From contig CACANA010000001.1 in assembly GCA_902533775.1 (NCBI GenBank), positions 2,718 through 66,717 on the forward strand: a DNA stretch of 64,000 bases. The letters run 5' to 3'. Source of the stretch: an uncultured Pelagibacteraceae bacterium. Its GTDB lineage: Bacteria; Pseudomonadota; Alphaproteobacteria; Pelagibacterales; Pelagibacteraceae. Both the position numbers and the translations under genes were made by a program. The notes under the pieces are model-generated. The model ran no database searches. It was given only the letters and a program-made list of their open reading frames with translations, and was not told the DNA's origin. This document shows, in pieces, positions 1 to 9,819 of the stretch; the stretch's first letter is position 1, and the number at the start of each line of letters is the position of its first letter.

Positions 1-156
1 TTAACTCCAGTAAGAAAGATGTCTATTGCTGAACAACTGAGCATGTTAAATTCTGATGAAGCACTAGAAATTACACCAAATTCATGCAGATTAAGGAAAG
101 CTGTGCTTGATCCTCACGAGAGAAAAAAGCTCTCTAAATTATCAGAGGCTTCTTAA
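1..156 (+). CDS. typA: GTP-binding protein TypA/BipA, C-terminal fragment (runs off the window)
   Basis: Frame 1 translated by hand: LTPVRKMSIAEQLSMLNSDEALEITPNSCRLRKAVLDPHERKK...*, matching the BipA C-terminus (DE.LE(V/I)TP..RLRK..L..ER). Confidence 0.85.
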   Translation, partial: LTPVRKMSIAEQLSMLNSDEALEITPNSCRLRKAVLDPHERKKLSKLSEAS

Positions 157-163
157 AAAATTA

Positions 164-619
164 TTATTCAGATTTATTTTTGGTAAAAGGCAGCCACTTT
201 TCAAATGCTGATTTACTTGGTCCATCATATGGAATTGAGTAAGAGTTTGTTCTTGTCAATACTTCAATTCCTTTTGAGAAAACAAAAATAAAAACTATGA
301 CAAAAACAATTGTCATTATTTTAAATGGATCAAAATTTTTTGTCTTAAAAACACTAACAGCTTTTGCTTCAGCTCTATGAAATTGTTTAAACGTATAATA
401 AACAGCAAATATTAAACCTATATGAGCAACATATGTCCCTGCCCAACCAAATGCAAAAGTGGCATATGAAAATACGTATAAACTAAATACTGTTGTCCAT
501 ATAAAACTCAAAACTAATAATATTTGTAGTCTCACAGTTTTGGGAAGGGCTCTTAAATCATTTTTACTATCGTCAAATAGTATATTTGCGGATTCTTTCA
601 TCCAATTTTTTATAGACAT
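164..619 (-). CDS. hypothetical membrane protein (about 3 TM)
   Basis: 151-aa ORF with three hydrophobic segments; no family recognised with confidence. Confidence 0.7.
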   Translation of the reverse strand: MSIKNWMKESANILFDDSKNDLRALPKTVRLQILLVLSFIWTTVFSLYVFSYATFAFGWAGTYVAHIGLIFAVYYTFKQFHRAEAKAVSVFKTKNFDPFKIMTIVFVIVFIFVFSKGIEVLTRTNSYSIPYDGPSKSAFEKWLPFTKNKSE

Positions 620-679
620 GATTTATATTTACAATTTTTATTCAGTATTAACAATCGGCTAATTGTCCACTAAAAACAT

Positions 680-1327
680 TTACTTCGTAACTTTATCCAC
701 AATATAAATTCCTAAAGCTACAGCAGGGCCTATCCCAAATGCAAATACTATAGTGCCCAAACCAACAGTTCCTCCCAAATACCAACCAGATATAACGGCT
801 GAAATTTCTAAAGTAGCTCTAATTAAAGCAATAGGAAGTTGCGTTTTTTTTGTTAGACCTGTCATCAATCCATCTCTAGGACCAGGACCTAAATTTGCAA
901 TTAAGTATATGCCGCTTCCTAAACCGACAAGTAAAACAGAAAATACAGCAAGAATATATTTTGAAAAAGTAGCTAAAGGAGGATCAAAAAGAAAAAGCGT
1001 CAAATCAATTATCGCTGCTATAATTAATATATTTAAAATTGTACCAATTCCTGGTTTTTGTTTTAGTGGAAACCAAAACCCTAAAACAACAATGCTTATT
1101 ATGAATGTAGATAAACCAATCGAGATATTTAATATATTTGATAACCCTTCTGCAAGAACAGACCATGGAGAATTACCAGTAGTAGAAACTAATAAAAGAC
1201 CCTCCCCCAAACCAAATAAAGTTAATCCAACACATAAGAGTATAAAAGTTGCAAATTTAGGTTTTAGATTTAAAGGTTTTTCTGAACTCCAGGATTTTGA
1301 GGGAATATTTTTAATGGTTAAAAACAT
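680..1327 (-). CDS. YczE/YyaS/YitT-family membrane protein
   Basis: Repeated G-x-SPW and LGPGPRDGLM motifs, GGTVGLGT, 6 TM. Confidence 0.8.
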   Translation of the reverse strand: MFLTIKNIPSKSWSSEKPLNLKPKFATFILLCVGLTLFGLGEGLLLVSTTGNSPWSVLAEGLSNILNISIGLSTFIISIVVLGFWFPLKQKPGIGTILNILIIAAIIDLTLFLFDPPLATFSKYILAVFSVLLVGLGSGIYLIANLGPGPRDGLMTGLTKKTQLPIALIRATLEISAVISGWYLGGTVGLGTIVFAFGIGPAVALGIYIVDKVTK

Positions 1328-1406
1328 AATTATTTAGACTATTTATCTTTTAAACATAGAAATTCTATATAAAGTTCTAACAAGTTAATTAAAATAATAT
1401 GAAATA

Positions 1407-2084
1407 ATGAGAATATTCTGGGTAATTTTGTTGGTTTTATCTTCTCTTTTTTTGCAAGCACATACTGATCACTATAAAAATTATTCAAACATAGAAATGG
1501 AGATATTTAAAGATGATGAAAAAATTGGAGAAAGTATTTTCACATTTAAAAAAGAAGAAAATAAATTTATTGTAAAAAATACAACCAATTTTGAAGTGAA
1601 ATTATTGGGTATTAAAGTATTCTCTATAAATAGTCGAGGAACTGAAGAATATATTGGAGACCAATTAATTTCATTTAACTCAGAAACATTTCAAAACAAT
1701 AAGAGAAAATATGTAAATTTAATTTTTGATAAAAAAAAAGAGAAGTTTATAATTGATGGATCATCGTATAAGGGTGAGGCGGATAGAGAAAATATAATCG
1801 GTCATTGGTGGAATCATAGAATTTTGCAAACTGAGACACAAATAAGTCCATTATCTGGAAGTGTAAAAAAACAAAACATAGAATTTTTAGGAAAAGAAAA
1901 AATTAAACTTTATAATAAAGAATATGATGTAGAACATTTTAGACTTTTTTCTACCAACCCAAATCTACCTGATGATAAAAAATTAAATTTTGAAATATGG
2001 TACGATAAAAAAAAAGCATTGATTATAAAAGTGGCTTATAAGAGAATGGGTCTATGGGAATATAGACTAAAAAAAATTCAATAA
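1407..2084 (+). CDS. exported hypothetical protein (DUF6134-like)
   Basis: N-terminal signal peptide, beta-rich body, HWWN and EIWYD motifs. Confidence 0.6.
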   Translation: MRIFWVILLVLSSLFLQAHTDHYKNYSNIEMEIFKDDEKIGESIFTFKKEENKFIVKNTTNFEVKLLGIKVFSINSRGTEEYIGDQLISFNSETFQNNKRKYVNLIFDKKKEKFIIDGSSYKGEADRENIIGHWWNHRILQTETQISPLSGSVKKQNIEFLGKEKIKLYNKEYDVEHFRLFSTNPNLPDDKKLNFEIWYDKKKALIIKVAYKRMGLWEYRLKKIQ

Positions 2085-3401
2085 TTATTTTCCCGCTACT
2101 GTCATTTGATTAATCAACAAAGTAGGAGCATTTGTTGAGTACTTCATCTGTAAATCATTTGCCAAAGTAATATTCTTAAACATTTCCTTAAAATTCCCAG
2201 CTATAGTTATTTCACTTACTGGGTAAGTAAATTCTCCATCCTCAACCATAAATCCCGAAGCTCCAACTGAGTAATCTCCAGTAATGATATTTCCTCCATG
2301 ACCTATAGTCTCTGTTATGTATAGAAATTTTTTTTCTGAATTTAGTAAATCCTTAAAACTTAAGGTACCGTTTTCAAAATATAAGTTTGTTGTTCCTCCA
2401 GACCTACCATTAGATTTTAAATTTAACTTTTTACCATAATAAGTATCAATTAAATAATTTTTTAAAATACCATTCTCAACTAGTTTCAAAGAATTGGTTT
2501 CAACCCCTTCGCTATCAAAGTTTTGGGAACCTAATCCTTTCTCAATTTTTGGATCATCAATGATATTAATTGAATTTGGAAAAACTTCAGAATTGATTTG
2601 ATCTTTTAAAAAAGAAGTTCCTCTAGCAATAGCACTCGCACTAATTGCACTTGCTAGTGTGCTTAATATTCCTTTGGAAATTCTTTTATCGAATATAACG
2701 CCAATTTTTTCACTTTTAATTTTTTTTGGTCCTAACTTTTTTATTGCTTTGTCGGCAGCTATTTTTCCAATTTCTTCTGGTTTCATCATATCTTGCAAGA
2801 ATCTTGTGCTACCAAACTCATAATCTCTTTCCATTGCACCATTAATTCTTGATACAGCTACGCATGAAGATGAAAAATTTGAAGTTTTGTATCCACCTAA
2901 AAAACCATTACTGTTTGCGAGTATAAAATTATTTTTGTTTTCTGTAAAACCAGCTTCAGTATTTACTATTTTTTCGTCCGTTGAAGCTGTTTCTTCAACA
3001 TTTTTTAAAAATTCAATCTTTTTATCATTTGGATAATGTGTTTCATCATAGAGATTAAGGTCTCTTATCTCTTTAGACATTAAATCTTTATCTGGTAACG
3101 AATTATTTTCATCTGATGGAGTAATTTTTGTAGCATCAATACAACGTTCTATTAGTTTTTCTAAGTTTGATTTAGATAAATCTGATGAATTAATGCTTGA
3201 TTTTTTTTTCTCTATATAAGTAGTTAAATTGACAGCAAAACTATCTGCTCTATTTGACTCGTCTAACTTTTTGTTTCTAAAACTAACATTTTCTGAGACA
3301 GAGTGAATTACTTTTACACCCACATCTGTTGCTCCTAGTTTTTTAGAGTTTTCAATACAATAAGACGCTATATCTTTTAAAAATTCCTGATCCCTTATCA
3401 T
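2085..3401 (-). CDS. pmbA: TldE/PmbA metalloprotease partner subunit
   Basis: FDSEGV, TGDYSVGASGF, PVSEITIAGN motifs; directly downstream of tldD. Confidence 0.92.
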   Translation of the reverse strand: MIRDQEFLKDIASYCIENSKKLGATDVGVKVIHSVSENVSFRNKKLDESNRADSFAVNLTTYIEKKKSSINSSDLSKSNLEKLIERCIDATKITPSDENNSLPDKDLMSKEIRDLNLYDETHYPNDKKIEFLKNVEETASTDEKIVNTEAGFTENKNNFILANSNGFLGGYKTSNFSSSCVAVSRINGAMERDYEFGSTRFLQDMMKPEEIGKIAADKAIKKLGPKKIKSEKIGVIFDKRISKGILSTLASAISASAIARGTSFLKDQINSEVFPNSINIIDDPKIEKGLGSQNFDSEGVETNSLKLVENGILKNYLIDTYYGKKLNLKSNGRSGGTTNLYFENGTLSFKDLLNSEKKFLYITETIGHGGNIITGDYSVGASGFMVEDGEFTYPVSEITIAGNFKEMFKNITLANDLQMKYSTNAPTLLINQMTVAGK

Positions 3402-3406
3402 TTAGA

Positions 3407-4819
3407 TTAAAGTTTTGTTCCACCAACAGTCATCTTATTTATAAGAATTGATGGCTGAGCTACTCCTACTGGAACACCTTGTCCAGCTTTACCACATGTC
3501 CCAATACCTGGATCTAATTTCATATCATTACCAACTAATGAAACTTCTTTTAAAATTGACGGTCCATCTCCAATTAATGTAGCACCTTTGATTGGTGATC
3601 CTATTTTACCATTATTGATTTCATATGCTTCTGTGCAGTTAAAGACAAATTTTCCTGATGTTATGTCTACTTGTCCTCCCCCAAAACTTACAGCGAAAAT
3701 ACCTTTATCAACTGAACTTATCATTTCATCTTGCGAATATTTACCTGACAACATCATTGTATTTCTCATTCTTGGTAAAACCACATGTTTATAACTTTCT
3801 CTTCTTCCGCTACCTGTTGATTTAGTTCCCATCAAACGAGCGTTTAAACGGTCTTGCATATAGTTCTTTAAAATTCCATTTTCTATTAAAACTGTATTTT
3901 CAGTAGGCGTTCCTTCATCATCTATCGTTAAACTTCCTCTTCTTTGATGTAAGGTGCCGTCATCTACAATTGTAACTCCTTCACTTGCTACTTGCTGCCC
4001 CATTAAATTATGAAAAGCTGAAGTTTTTTTTCTATTGAAATCTCCTTCAAGACCATGTCCAATTGCTTCGTGTATCAAAATTGCTGGCCATCCAGGGCCT
4101 AAAACAACTTTCATCTCTCCTGCTGGTGCTGGTTTGCTTTCTAAATTCACATTTGCGATTCTAAAAGCTTCATCACATACATCTTTCCAGCTTCCATCTT
4201 TTAGATAGTCATCATAGCTTTGTCTTCCTCCAACTCCATAAACACCTGTTTCTTTTTTTCCATCTTTCTCTAAAACGACTGAAACGTTAAATCTGACTAG
4301 TGGCCTATCATCTTTCAAAACTTGATTATCAGAACGAATAATTTCTATTGATTTATGTTCACCTAGAAAATTTGCAGTTACTTGATTTACAATTGAGCCT
4401 TTTGATCTTAAATAGTTATTAACACTATTCAGCAAATCTATTTTCGAGTTGAAAGTCTTGCTTTCTATAGGATTAATGTTTTCGTAATATTTACTATTAG
4501 TTTTAGGAATTTCGTGATTATAGGTTCCTTTTTTTGACTTTAACGTATCTTTTAAATTCTCGCTTGATTTTCTTAATGATTCCTTTGAAATATCATTAGA
4601 ATGAGAGTAAGCAACAACCTCTCCTGTCACAGCTCTGAAGCCATATCCTTGATCAGAGTTATAAGTTGAGCTCTTTATTTTATTATCATCTAAAACAATA
4701 GCTTCAGATTTATGATTTTCTAAATATAATTCTCCGTCATCACAATTTTTTAAGGTTTCAGTAACAATTGCTTCAGCTTGTGATGTATCTATATCTGTTT
4801 CTTTGAAGAAATTTGACAT
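3407..4819 (-). CDS. tldD: metalloprotease TldD
   Basis: HEAIGHGLEGDFNRK, PRMRNT, GTCGKAGQGVPV. Confidence 0.95.
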   Translation of the reverse strand: MSNFFKETDIDTSQAEAIVTETLKNCDDGELYLENHKSEAIVLDDNKIKSSTYNSDQGYGFRAVTGEVVAYSHSNDISKESLRKSSENLKDTLKSKKGTYNHEIPKTNSKYYENINPIESKTFNSKIDLLNSVNNYLRSKGSIVNQVTANFLGEHKSIEIIRSDNQVLKDDRPLVRFNVSVVLEKDGKKETGVYGVGGRQSYDDYLKDGSWKDVCDEAFRIANVNLESKPAPAGEMKVVLGPGWPAILIHEAIGHGLEGDFNRKKTSAFHNLMGQQVASEGVTIVDDGTLHQRRGSLTIDDEGTPTENTVLIENGILKNYMQDRLNARLMGTKSTGSGRRESYKHVVLPRMRNTMMLSGKYSQDEMISSVDKGIFAVSFGGGQVDITSGKFVFNCTEAYEINNGKIGSPIKGATLIGDGPSILKEVSLVGNDMKLDPGIGTCGKAGQGVPVGVAQPSILINKMTVGGTKL

Positions 4820-4904
4820 TGTAAGAATGTAGTAGTGATTATTAATATATCAACTGCTTATTTGGCACATTTGTAAAAATAAAATATTCAAATATAGTTT
4901 AATT

Positions 4905-5249
4905 ATGAAGGTTTTTTTTAACAATTCATGCAAAATCTGCAGAGCAGAAATTAATATTTATAAAAAAGAAAACATAGAAAATTTGAATTGGATAGACATA
5001 ACTAAAAATAAAAATGCTGAATTAGAAACAAAAAAAACTGATAAAGAGCTTCTAAGAAGACTTCATGTAGAACAAGATGGAAAAATCTATGTGGGTATTG
5101 ATGCTTTTTTACTTATTTGGAAAAGTATTCCAAAATACAAGTTTCTTTATAAATTTTTTAAACTCCCAGTTATTTACCAATTATTTTATATTGGATATGA
5201 AATTGTAGCGTTCTTTTTGTATTTAAAAAATAAACACCAACTAAACTAA
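4905..5249 (+). CDS. DCC1-like thiol-disulfide oxidoreductase (DUF393)
   Basis: N-terminal NNSCKIC (DxxCxxC-like), RRLHV...GIDAF..IW. Confidence 0.8.
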   Translation: MKVFFNNSCKICRAEINIYKKENIENLNWIDITKNKNAELETKKTDKELLRRLHVEQDGKIYVGIDAFLLIWKSIPKYKFLYKFFKLPVIYQLFYIGYEIVAFFLYLKNKHQLN

Positions 5250-5539
5250 TGTTGAATAGCGTATAAAATCTGGGTTACAAAAGATAAAAATATAAAAAAA
5301 GAGAAAAATAAAATAAAATACATAACTGTGACTGCTCTATTTCTCTTTCTTCTTAAAATAACAAATTTTTTATCATCAAGAAAAGAAATGTCTCTATCAC
5401 CTGGTACTGGATAATCATAACTCCATCTCCATAAAGATGAACCAAATCTTTTATCTAGTTTATTGTAATAATTTACCCAAGCCAATGACCACATAAACAT
5501 TAAAAATAAAAATGTTAAAGCTAAAAAAGTTGAGAACAT
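5246..5539 (-). CDS. small 2-TM hypothetical protein
   Basis: 97-aa ORF, hydrophobic N- and C-termini, charged loop. Confidence 0.6.
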   Translation of the reverse strand: MFSTFLALTFLFLMFMWSLAWVNYYNKLDKRFGSSLWRWSYDYPVPGDRDISFLDDKKFVILRRKRNRAVTVMYFILFFSFFIFLSFVTQILYAIQH

Positions 5540-5571
5540 AAATATATTAAATTATATTAAATTTTTTTTAT

Positions 5572-6291
5572 ATGTCTATCTGGGGAAGTTTAATTGGGGG
5601 GATGATCGGTTTTTCTTTAGGAGGACCGTTTGGGATGCTATTAGGTTCCTTAATTGGTGGAAAAGTATCAAGATCAAGATCGTCATTTAAATCTTTTGCG
5701 CAACCTCAACAAGTTTTTGCATTAGCTCTTATAGTTTTATCAGCTAAACTGAGTAAAGCAGACGGTCAGGTTAGTAGAGAGGAATTAATAGCGGTAAAAG
5801 ATAAACTCAAAATTCCAGAACATGAATTGGATCAAGTTGGAAAAATTTTTAATAAAGCTAAAGAAGAAAGCACTGGTTACGAGCCATATGCAAAACAAAT
5901 AGCTCAGATCTATCAGGGAAATATAAATGTGTTGGAAGAAGTCATTAATATATTATTTTATATTGCAGAAGCTGATGGAAATATAAGCGATCAAGAATTT
6001 AGAATGATACAACATGTTTCTCAATTATTTGGTCTTAGTGATGCCCAGTTCAATGGAATAGTTGAAGGTAGGAAATCATCAGATAAACTCAATCCATATG
6101 TGGTATTAGAGAGCAAACCTGATGATAATCTTACAGATATTAGAAAAAGATATTTAAAATTAAGTAAAGAACACCATCCTGACTTACTTCTAAGTAAAGG
6201 AGTTCCTCAGGAAGTTATTGAGGAAAGTAAAAAGAAAATGAGAGCTATAAATTCAGCCTGGGATCAAATTCAAAAGCTAAAGAGTAATTAA
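5572..6291 (+). CDS. djlA: DjlA-type co-chaperone (TerB-like + J domain)
   Basis: Gly-rich N-terminal TM, KADGQVS/EADG repeats, HHPD J-domain motif. Confidence 0.85.
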   Translation: MSIWGSLIGGMIGFSLGGPFGMLLGSLIGGKVSRSRSSFKSFAQPQQVFALALIVLSAKLSKADGQVSREELIAVKDKLKIPEHELDQVGKIFNKAKEESTGYEPYAKQIAQIYQGNINVLEEVINILFYIAEADGNISDQEFRMIQHVSQLFGLSDAQFNGIVEGRKSSDKLNPYVVLESKPDDNLTDIRKRYLKLSKEHHPDLLLSKGVPQEVIEESKKKMRAINSAWDQIQKLKSN

Positions 6292-7562
6292 AATTGCTCA
6301 GATTCTGTTGAGCCTTCCATTGCTGTTGTGGAGCTCTTTCCGGAACTTATTGTATTGGAAACTGCATCAAAATAAGAAGTTCCAACTTCTCGTTGATGTT
6401 TAACACTGGTATATCCATCTTTTTCTCTAGCAAATTCATTTTGTTGTATTCTAGAGTAGGCAGTCATACCTTCCTTTTTATATTTTTCTGCAAGCTCGAA
6501 AATAGCAATATTTTGCGTATGGAAACCTGCTAAAGTTATAAATTGAAATTTATACCCCATCATTCCAATTTTAGTTTGAAATGTTGCAATCTCATCATCA
6601 GATAAATGTTTCTTCCAATTAAATGATGGAGAACAATTATAAGCTAACATCTTGCCAGGAAATTTTGCATGTATTGCATCAGCAAACTTTTTTGCTTCTT
6701 CTAAATTAGGTGTTGCAGTTTCACACCATATTAAATCTGCGTAAGGTGCATATGCTAACCCTCTTGAGATTGCTTGATCAATACCATCTTTTACATAATA
6801 AAAGCCTTCAGGTGATCTTTCTCCTGTTAAAAACGGTTTGTCATTTTCATCAAAATCGTTTGTTATTAGTTTCGCAGCGTTGGCATCTGTTCTTGCAAGA
6901 ATAATGAGAGGAACGTCGGCAATATCAGCTGCCAATCTTGCTGCTTTTAGATTTCGGACCATGGTTCCAGTAGGAACAAGTACCTTACCACCCATATGTC
7001 CACATTTTTTTTCACTAGCTAGTTGGTCTTCAAAATGAACTCCGGCTGCGCCAGCTTTTATAAATTTTTTTGTTAGCTCAAATACATTTAACGGCCCACC
7101 AAATCCTGCTTCGCCATCTGCAATAATTGGCAACATGTAATCAGTTCTTTCGCTGCTTTTCATATCTCCATCAGCTATTTCCATATGCTGAATTTGATCA
7201 GCTCTAATTAAAGAATTATTCATAGACTCAACTAATTTAGGTGCGCTGTCGTAAGGATATAAAGATTGATCAGGATACATTTCACCAGCACTGTTTGCGT
7301 CTGCTGCAACTTGCCAACCACTTAAATAGATCGCTTTTAAACCTGCTTTTGCATGTTGAACGGCTTGATTTCCCGATAAAGACCCAAGTGTGTTTACATA
7401 TGGCTCTGTATTTAACAATCCCCAAAGCTTTTGAGATTGCTGTTTGCACATTGAATACTCTATTTTAATGGATCCTCTTAACCTTTCTACTTCTTCTGGC
7501 TTATAATCCCTTTGTATTCCTGCGAATCTTTTCAACTCGTACGAGATTTTCTCTGCTGACAT
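6288..7562 (-). CDS. aceA: isocitrate lyase
   Basis: KKCGHMGGK catalytic motif, [15 protein letters not shown]; SD AAGGAG upstream. Confidence 0.97.
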   Translation of the reverse strand: MSAEKISYELKRFAGIQRDYKPEEVERLRGSIKIEYSMCKQQSQKLWGLLNTEPYVNTLGSLSGNQAVQHAKAGLKAIYLSGWQVAADANSAGEMYPDQSLYPYDSAPKLVESMNNSLIRADQIQHMEIADGDMKSSERTDYMLPIIADGEAGFGGPLNVFELTKKFIKAGAAGVHFEDQLASEKKCGHMGGKVLVPTGTMVRNLKAARLAADIADVPLIILARTDANAAKLITNDFDENDKPFLTGERSPEGFYYVKDGIDQAISRGLAYAPYADLIWCETATPNLEEAKKFADAIHAKFPGKMLAYNCSPSFNWKKHLSDDEIATFQTKIGMMGYKFQFITLAGFHTQNIAIFELAEKYKKEGMTAYSRIQQNEFAREKDGYTSVKHQREVGTSYFDAVSNTISSGKSSTTAMEGSTESEQF

Positions 7563-7588
7563 TATTTCTCCTTTAAAACTAACTCTTT

Positions 7589-7750
7589 TTACTTTTCGCT
7601 ATATTCTTCAGTAAACTCATTCATTCCACTTGATCCCCAATCGCAGTGGTCATCTCTTAAATAAACCCCTCTGCTTCTATGCTCTTGATGCTCTTGGTGA
7701 TTTGTGGTTTGAGAACTAGTTTCAATGTTTTTTATAGTATTTTTGTCCAT
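7589..7750 (-). CDS. unannotated 53-aa small protein upstream of aceA
   Basis: Hand translation [53 protein letters not shown]; below the length cutoff of the ORF track; fills the spacer and is GC-richer than intergenic DNA. Confidence 0.6.
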   Translation of the reverse strand: MDKNTIKNIETSSQTTNHQEHQEHRSRGVYLRDDHCDWGSSGMNEFTEEYSEK

Positions 7751-7859
7751 GTAAACTTTATAATTTACAATATTTACAAAATCTACAAAAAATGTTAAAA
7801 GAACAGTAAATACAATAAATTTTTTGTAAATAATAATTTACAAAGTTTACAAATAGTAA
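7751..7859. promoter_or_regulatory. divergent promoter region with repeated TTTACAA boxes (putative ScfR/RamB operators)
   Basis: TTTACAA at 7764, 7773, 7837, 7846; TCTACAA at 7782; inverted TTGTAAA at 7824; 9-bp period. Confidence 0.65.
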
Positions 7860-9284
7860 ATGAGTCAAGTAGAATTAAATATTGGTCCAAAAATAAAAGC
7901 TTTTAGAAGGCAACTAGGTATGCAAGCAAACAAACTAGCCTCACAACTTAACATTTCACCAAGTTATTTAGCTTTAATCGAGGGGGGTAAGAGAAAAATT
8001 GACGGGGAGTTGCTTTTAAAAATTTGTGAGGAATTAAGCATCAACATTAGCGATCTAACAAATAAATCAGATATCAATATGGTCAACACAATTTCAGAAT
8101 TGCTTGATGATCAACTTTTTGAAGATTTGGATATAGTTGGTCCAGAAGTTAAAGATCTTGCAAATAGTAATCCAAAAATTGGTAAAGCTCTTATAAGATT
8201 AGGAGACATTTTGAAAAAGAAAGATCATGAATTAGTTAACAAAATTGAAAAACTTTCAGGAAAAATTGTAGATAATAGAAAAAACTCATTTCCTGGAGAA
8301 GTAATTTCAGATTTTTTGCAAGAAAATAGAAATTTTTTTCCAAAACTAGAGGAATTTGCAAATCAAATCTTTGAACAAATAAAACAAAATAATAGAACAA
8401 GATATATTGCTTTATGTGATTATTTAAAATCAGAGTATAAAATTGAAGTGCAAGATATAATTCCTGAGGAAGGAAAACCATTCTCAAAAATTTATGATAA
8501 CAAAAATAGAAAGTTACTATTGTCTGATTATTTATCTTTGGAAACAAAGAAATTACATGCTGCAGCTCAAATTGCACAAGAGGGAGCAAGTGATATAATA
8601 AATTCTTATCTTGATACTTTTAATTATCCAAATGAAGAGTCGAAAAAATTAACAAAAGTTGCTTTATTAAACTATTGTGGTGCAGCAATTTTAATGCCCT
8701 ACAAATTATTTCATTCTGAATGTAAAAAACTTAAATATGATTTAGAGTTATTGCAAAATACTTTTGCAACTTCATTCGAACAAGTCACACATAGGGTCAC
8801 ATGCTTGAATGATCCTAAATTACCTGGGGTTCCTTTTCATTTTTTGAGAGTTGATGTCGCTGGTAATATTTCAAAAAGATTTTCATTGTCAGGTATAGAA
8901 ATACCACGTTATGGTGGTGCTTGTCCTCGATGGAATGTATATTCGGCTTTTTCTAGACCTGGTGTTATACAGGCTGCAGTAAGTAAAATGACTAATGGCG
9001 AAAAATATGTATGTATAGCAAGAACTGTTGAAAAAGGTATAGGAAGATATGGACAAAAAAAAAGTATGTTATCTATTGGACTTGGATGTGAAGCCAAATA
9101 TGCAAGAGATTTTGTTTATACTGAAAACTTAGATTTGAATGATAAAAAATCAGAGATACCAGTAGGGGTTTCATGTAGAACTTGTGATAGACTGGATTGT
9201 TCTCAAAGAGCTTTTCCACCATTGCATAAAAAATTTGATGTAGACATTAATTCTAGAGGAGTATCTGTATATGTCAGTGATTAA
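7860..9284 (+). CDS. short-chain fatty acyl-CoA regulator (ScfR/RamB/PccR family, XRE HTH)
   Basis: N-terminal HTH (ISPSYLALIEGGKR), RVDVAGNISKRFS, GGACPRWNV, C-terminal CRTCDRLDCSQRAFP; divergent from aceA. Confidence 0.9.
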   Translation: MSQVELNIGPKIKAFRRQLGMQANKLASQLNISPSYLALIEGGKRKIDGELLLKICEELSINISDLTNKSDINMVNTISELLDDQLFEDLDIVGPEVKDLANSNPKIGKALIRLGDILKKKDHELVNKIEKLSGKIVDNRKNSFPGEVISDFLQENRNFFPKLEEFANQIFEQIKQNNRTRYIALCDYLKSEYKIEVQDIIPEEGKPFSKIYDNKNRKLLLSDYLSLETKKLHAAAQIAQEGASDIINSYLDTFNYPNEESKKLTKVALLNYCGAAILMPYKLFHSECKKLKYDLELLQNTFATSFEQVTHRVTCLNDPKLPGVPFHFLRVDVAGNISKRFSLSGIEIPRYGGACPRWNVYSAFSRPGVIQAAVSKMTNGEKYVCIARTVEKGIGRYGQKKSMLSIGLGCEAKYARDFVYTENLDLNDKKSEIPVGVSCRTCDRLDCSQRAFPPLHKKFDVDINSRGVSVYVSD

Positions 9285-9819
9285 AAAACATATAAGTTTT
9301 ATAATTATATTTTTATTTGTAAGTACAAATAATGTGTATTCAGACAATTTAAATATATTGTTTAAAGAATTGCTTAACGCAAAAAATTTACAACAAGCAG
9401 AAAAGCTAGAGGATCAAATTTGGAATAAATGGACAAGACACCCAAACAATGATTATCTGACGAACAAATTAGAGAACGGAACTTATTCCATGTATCATCA
9501 GCAGTATAGAATGGCATTAAAACTATTTACAGACGTGATTAATGAGGACCCAAAATGGGCGGAGGGTTGGAATAAGAGAGCCACATTGCTATTTATATTA
9601 GGAGATTTTGAGAAATCGTTAGATGATATTGAAAAAGTTTTAGATCTAGAACCAAGACATTTTGGAGCATTATCTGGACGAGCACAAATATACTTAAGTT
9701 TAAAGGAATATGAAAAAGCAGTTGATGACCTGAGAAAAGCAAAATCTATTTATCCATTAATTAAAAGTGGAGAAAATATAAAGTTAATAGAAAAAATTAT
9801 CAAAGACCAACAAATTTAA
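9271..9819 (+). CDS. exported tetratricopeptide-repeat protein
   Basis: WAEGWNKRAT, LEPRHFGALSG TPR motifs; signal peptide. Confidence 0.85.
   Translation: MSVIKKHISFIIIFLFVSTNNVYSDNLNILFKELLNAKNLQQAEKLEDQIWNKWTRHPNNDYLTNKLENGTYSMYHQQYRMALKLFTDVINEDPKWAEGWNKRATLLFILGDFEKSLDDIEKVLDLEPRHFGALSGRAQIYLSLKEYEKAVDDLRKAKSIYPLIKSGENIKLIEKIIKDQQI

Noticed and set aside
753-1337. 194-aa plus-strand ORF and the many other antisense or nested ORFs in the track (e.g. 35997-36428, 38233-38595, 62234-62593)
   Set aside because: They lie opposite well-supported genes, have no motifs, and are typical antisense shadows
2085-4819. TldD/PmbA as part of a RiPP (microcin-like) cluster
   Set aside because: No YcaO or other modifying enzyme or precursor nearby; the pair is housekeeping in alphaproteobacteria
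7751-7859. Short repeats as a CRISPR array or replication-origin iterons
   Set aside because: Units are 7 nt with no spacers, there are no cas genes or DnaA boxes, and an operator array explains them better
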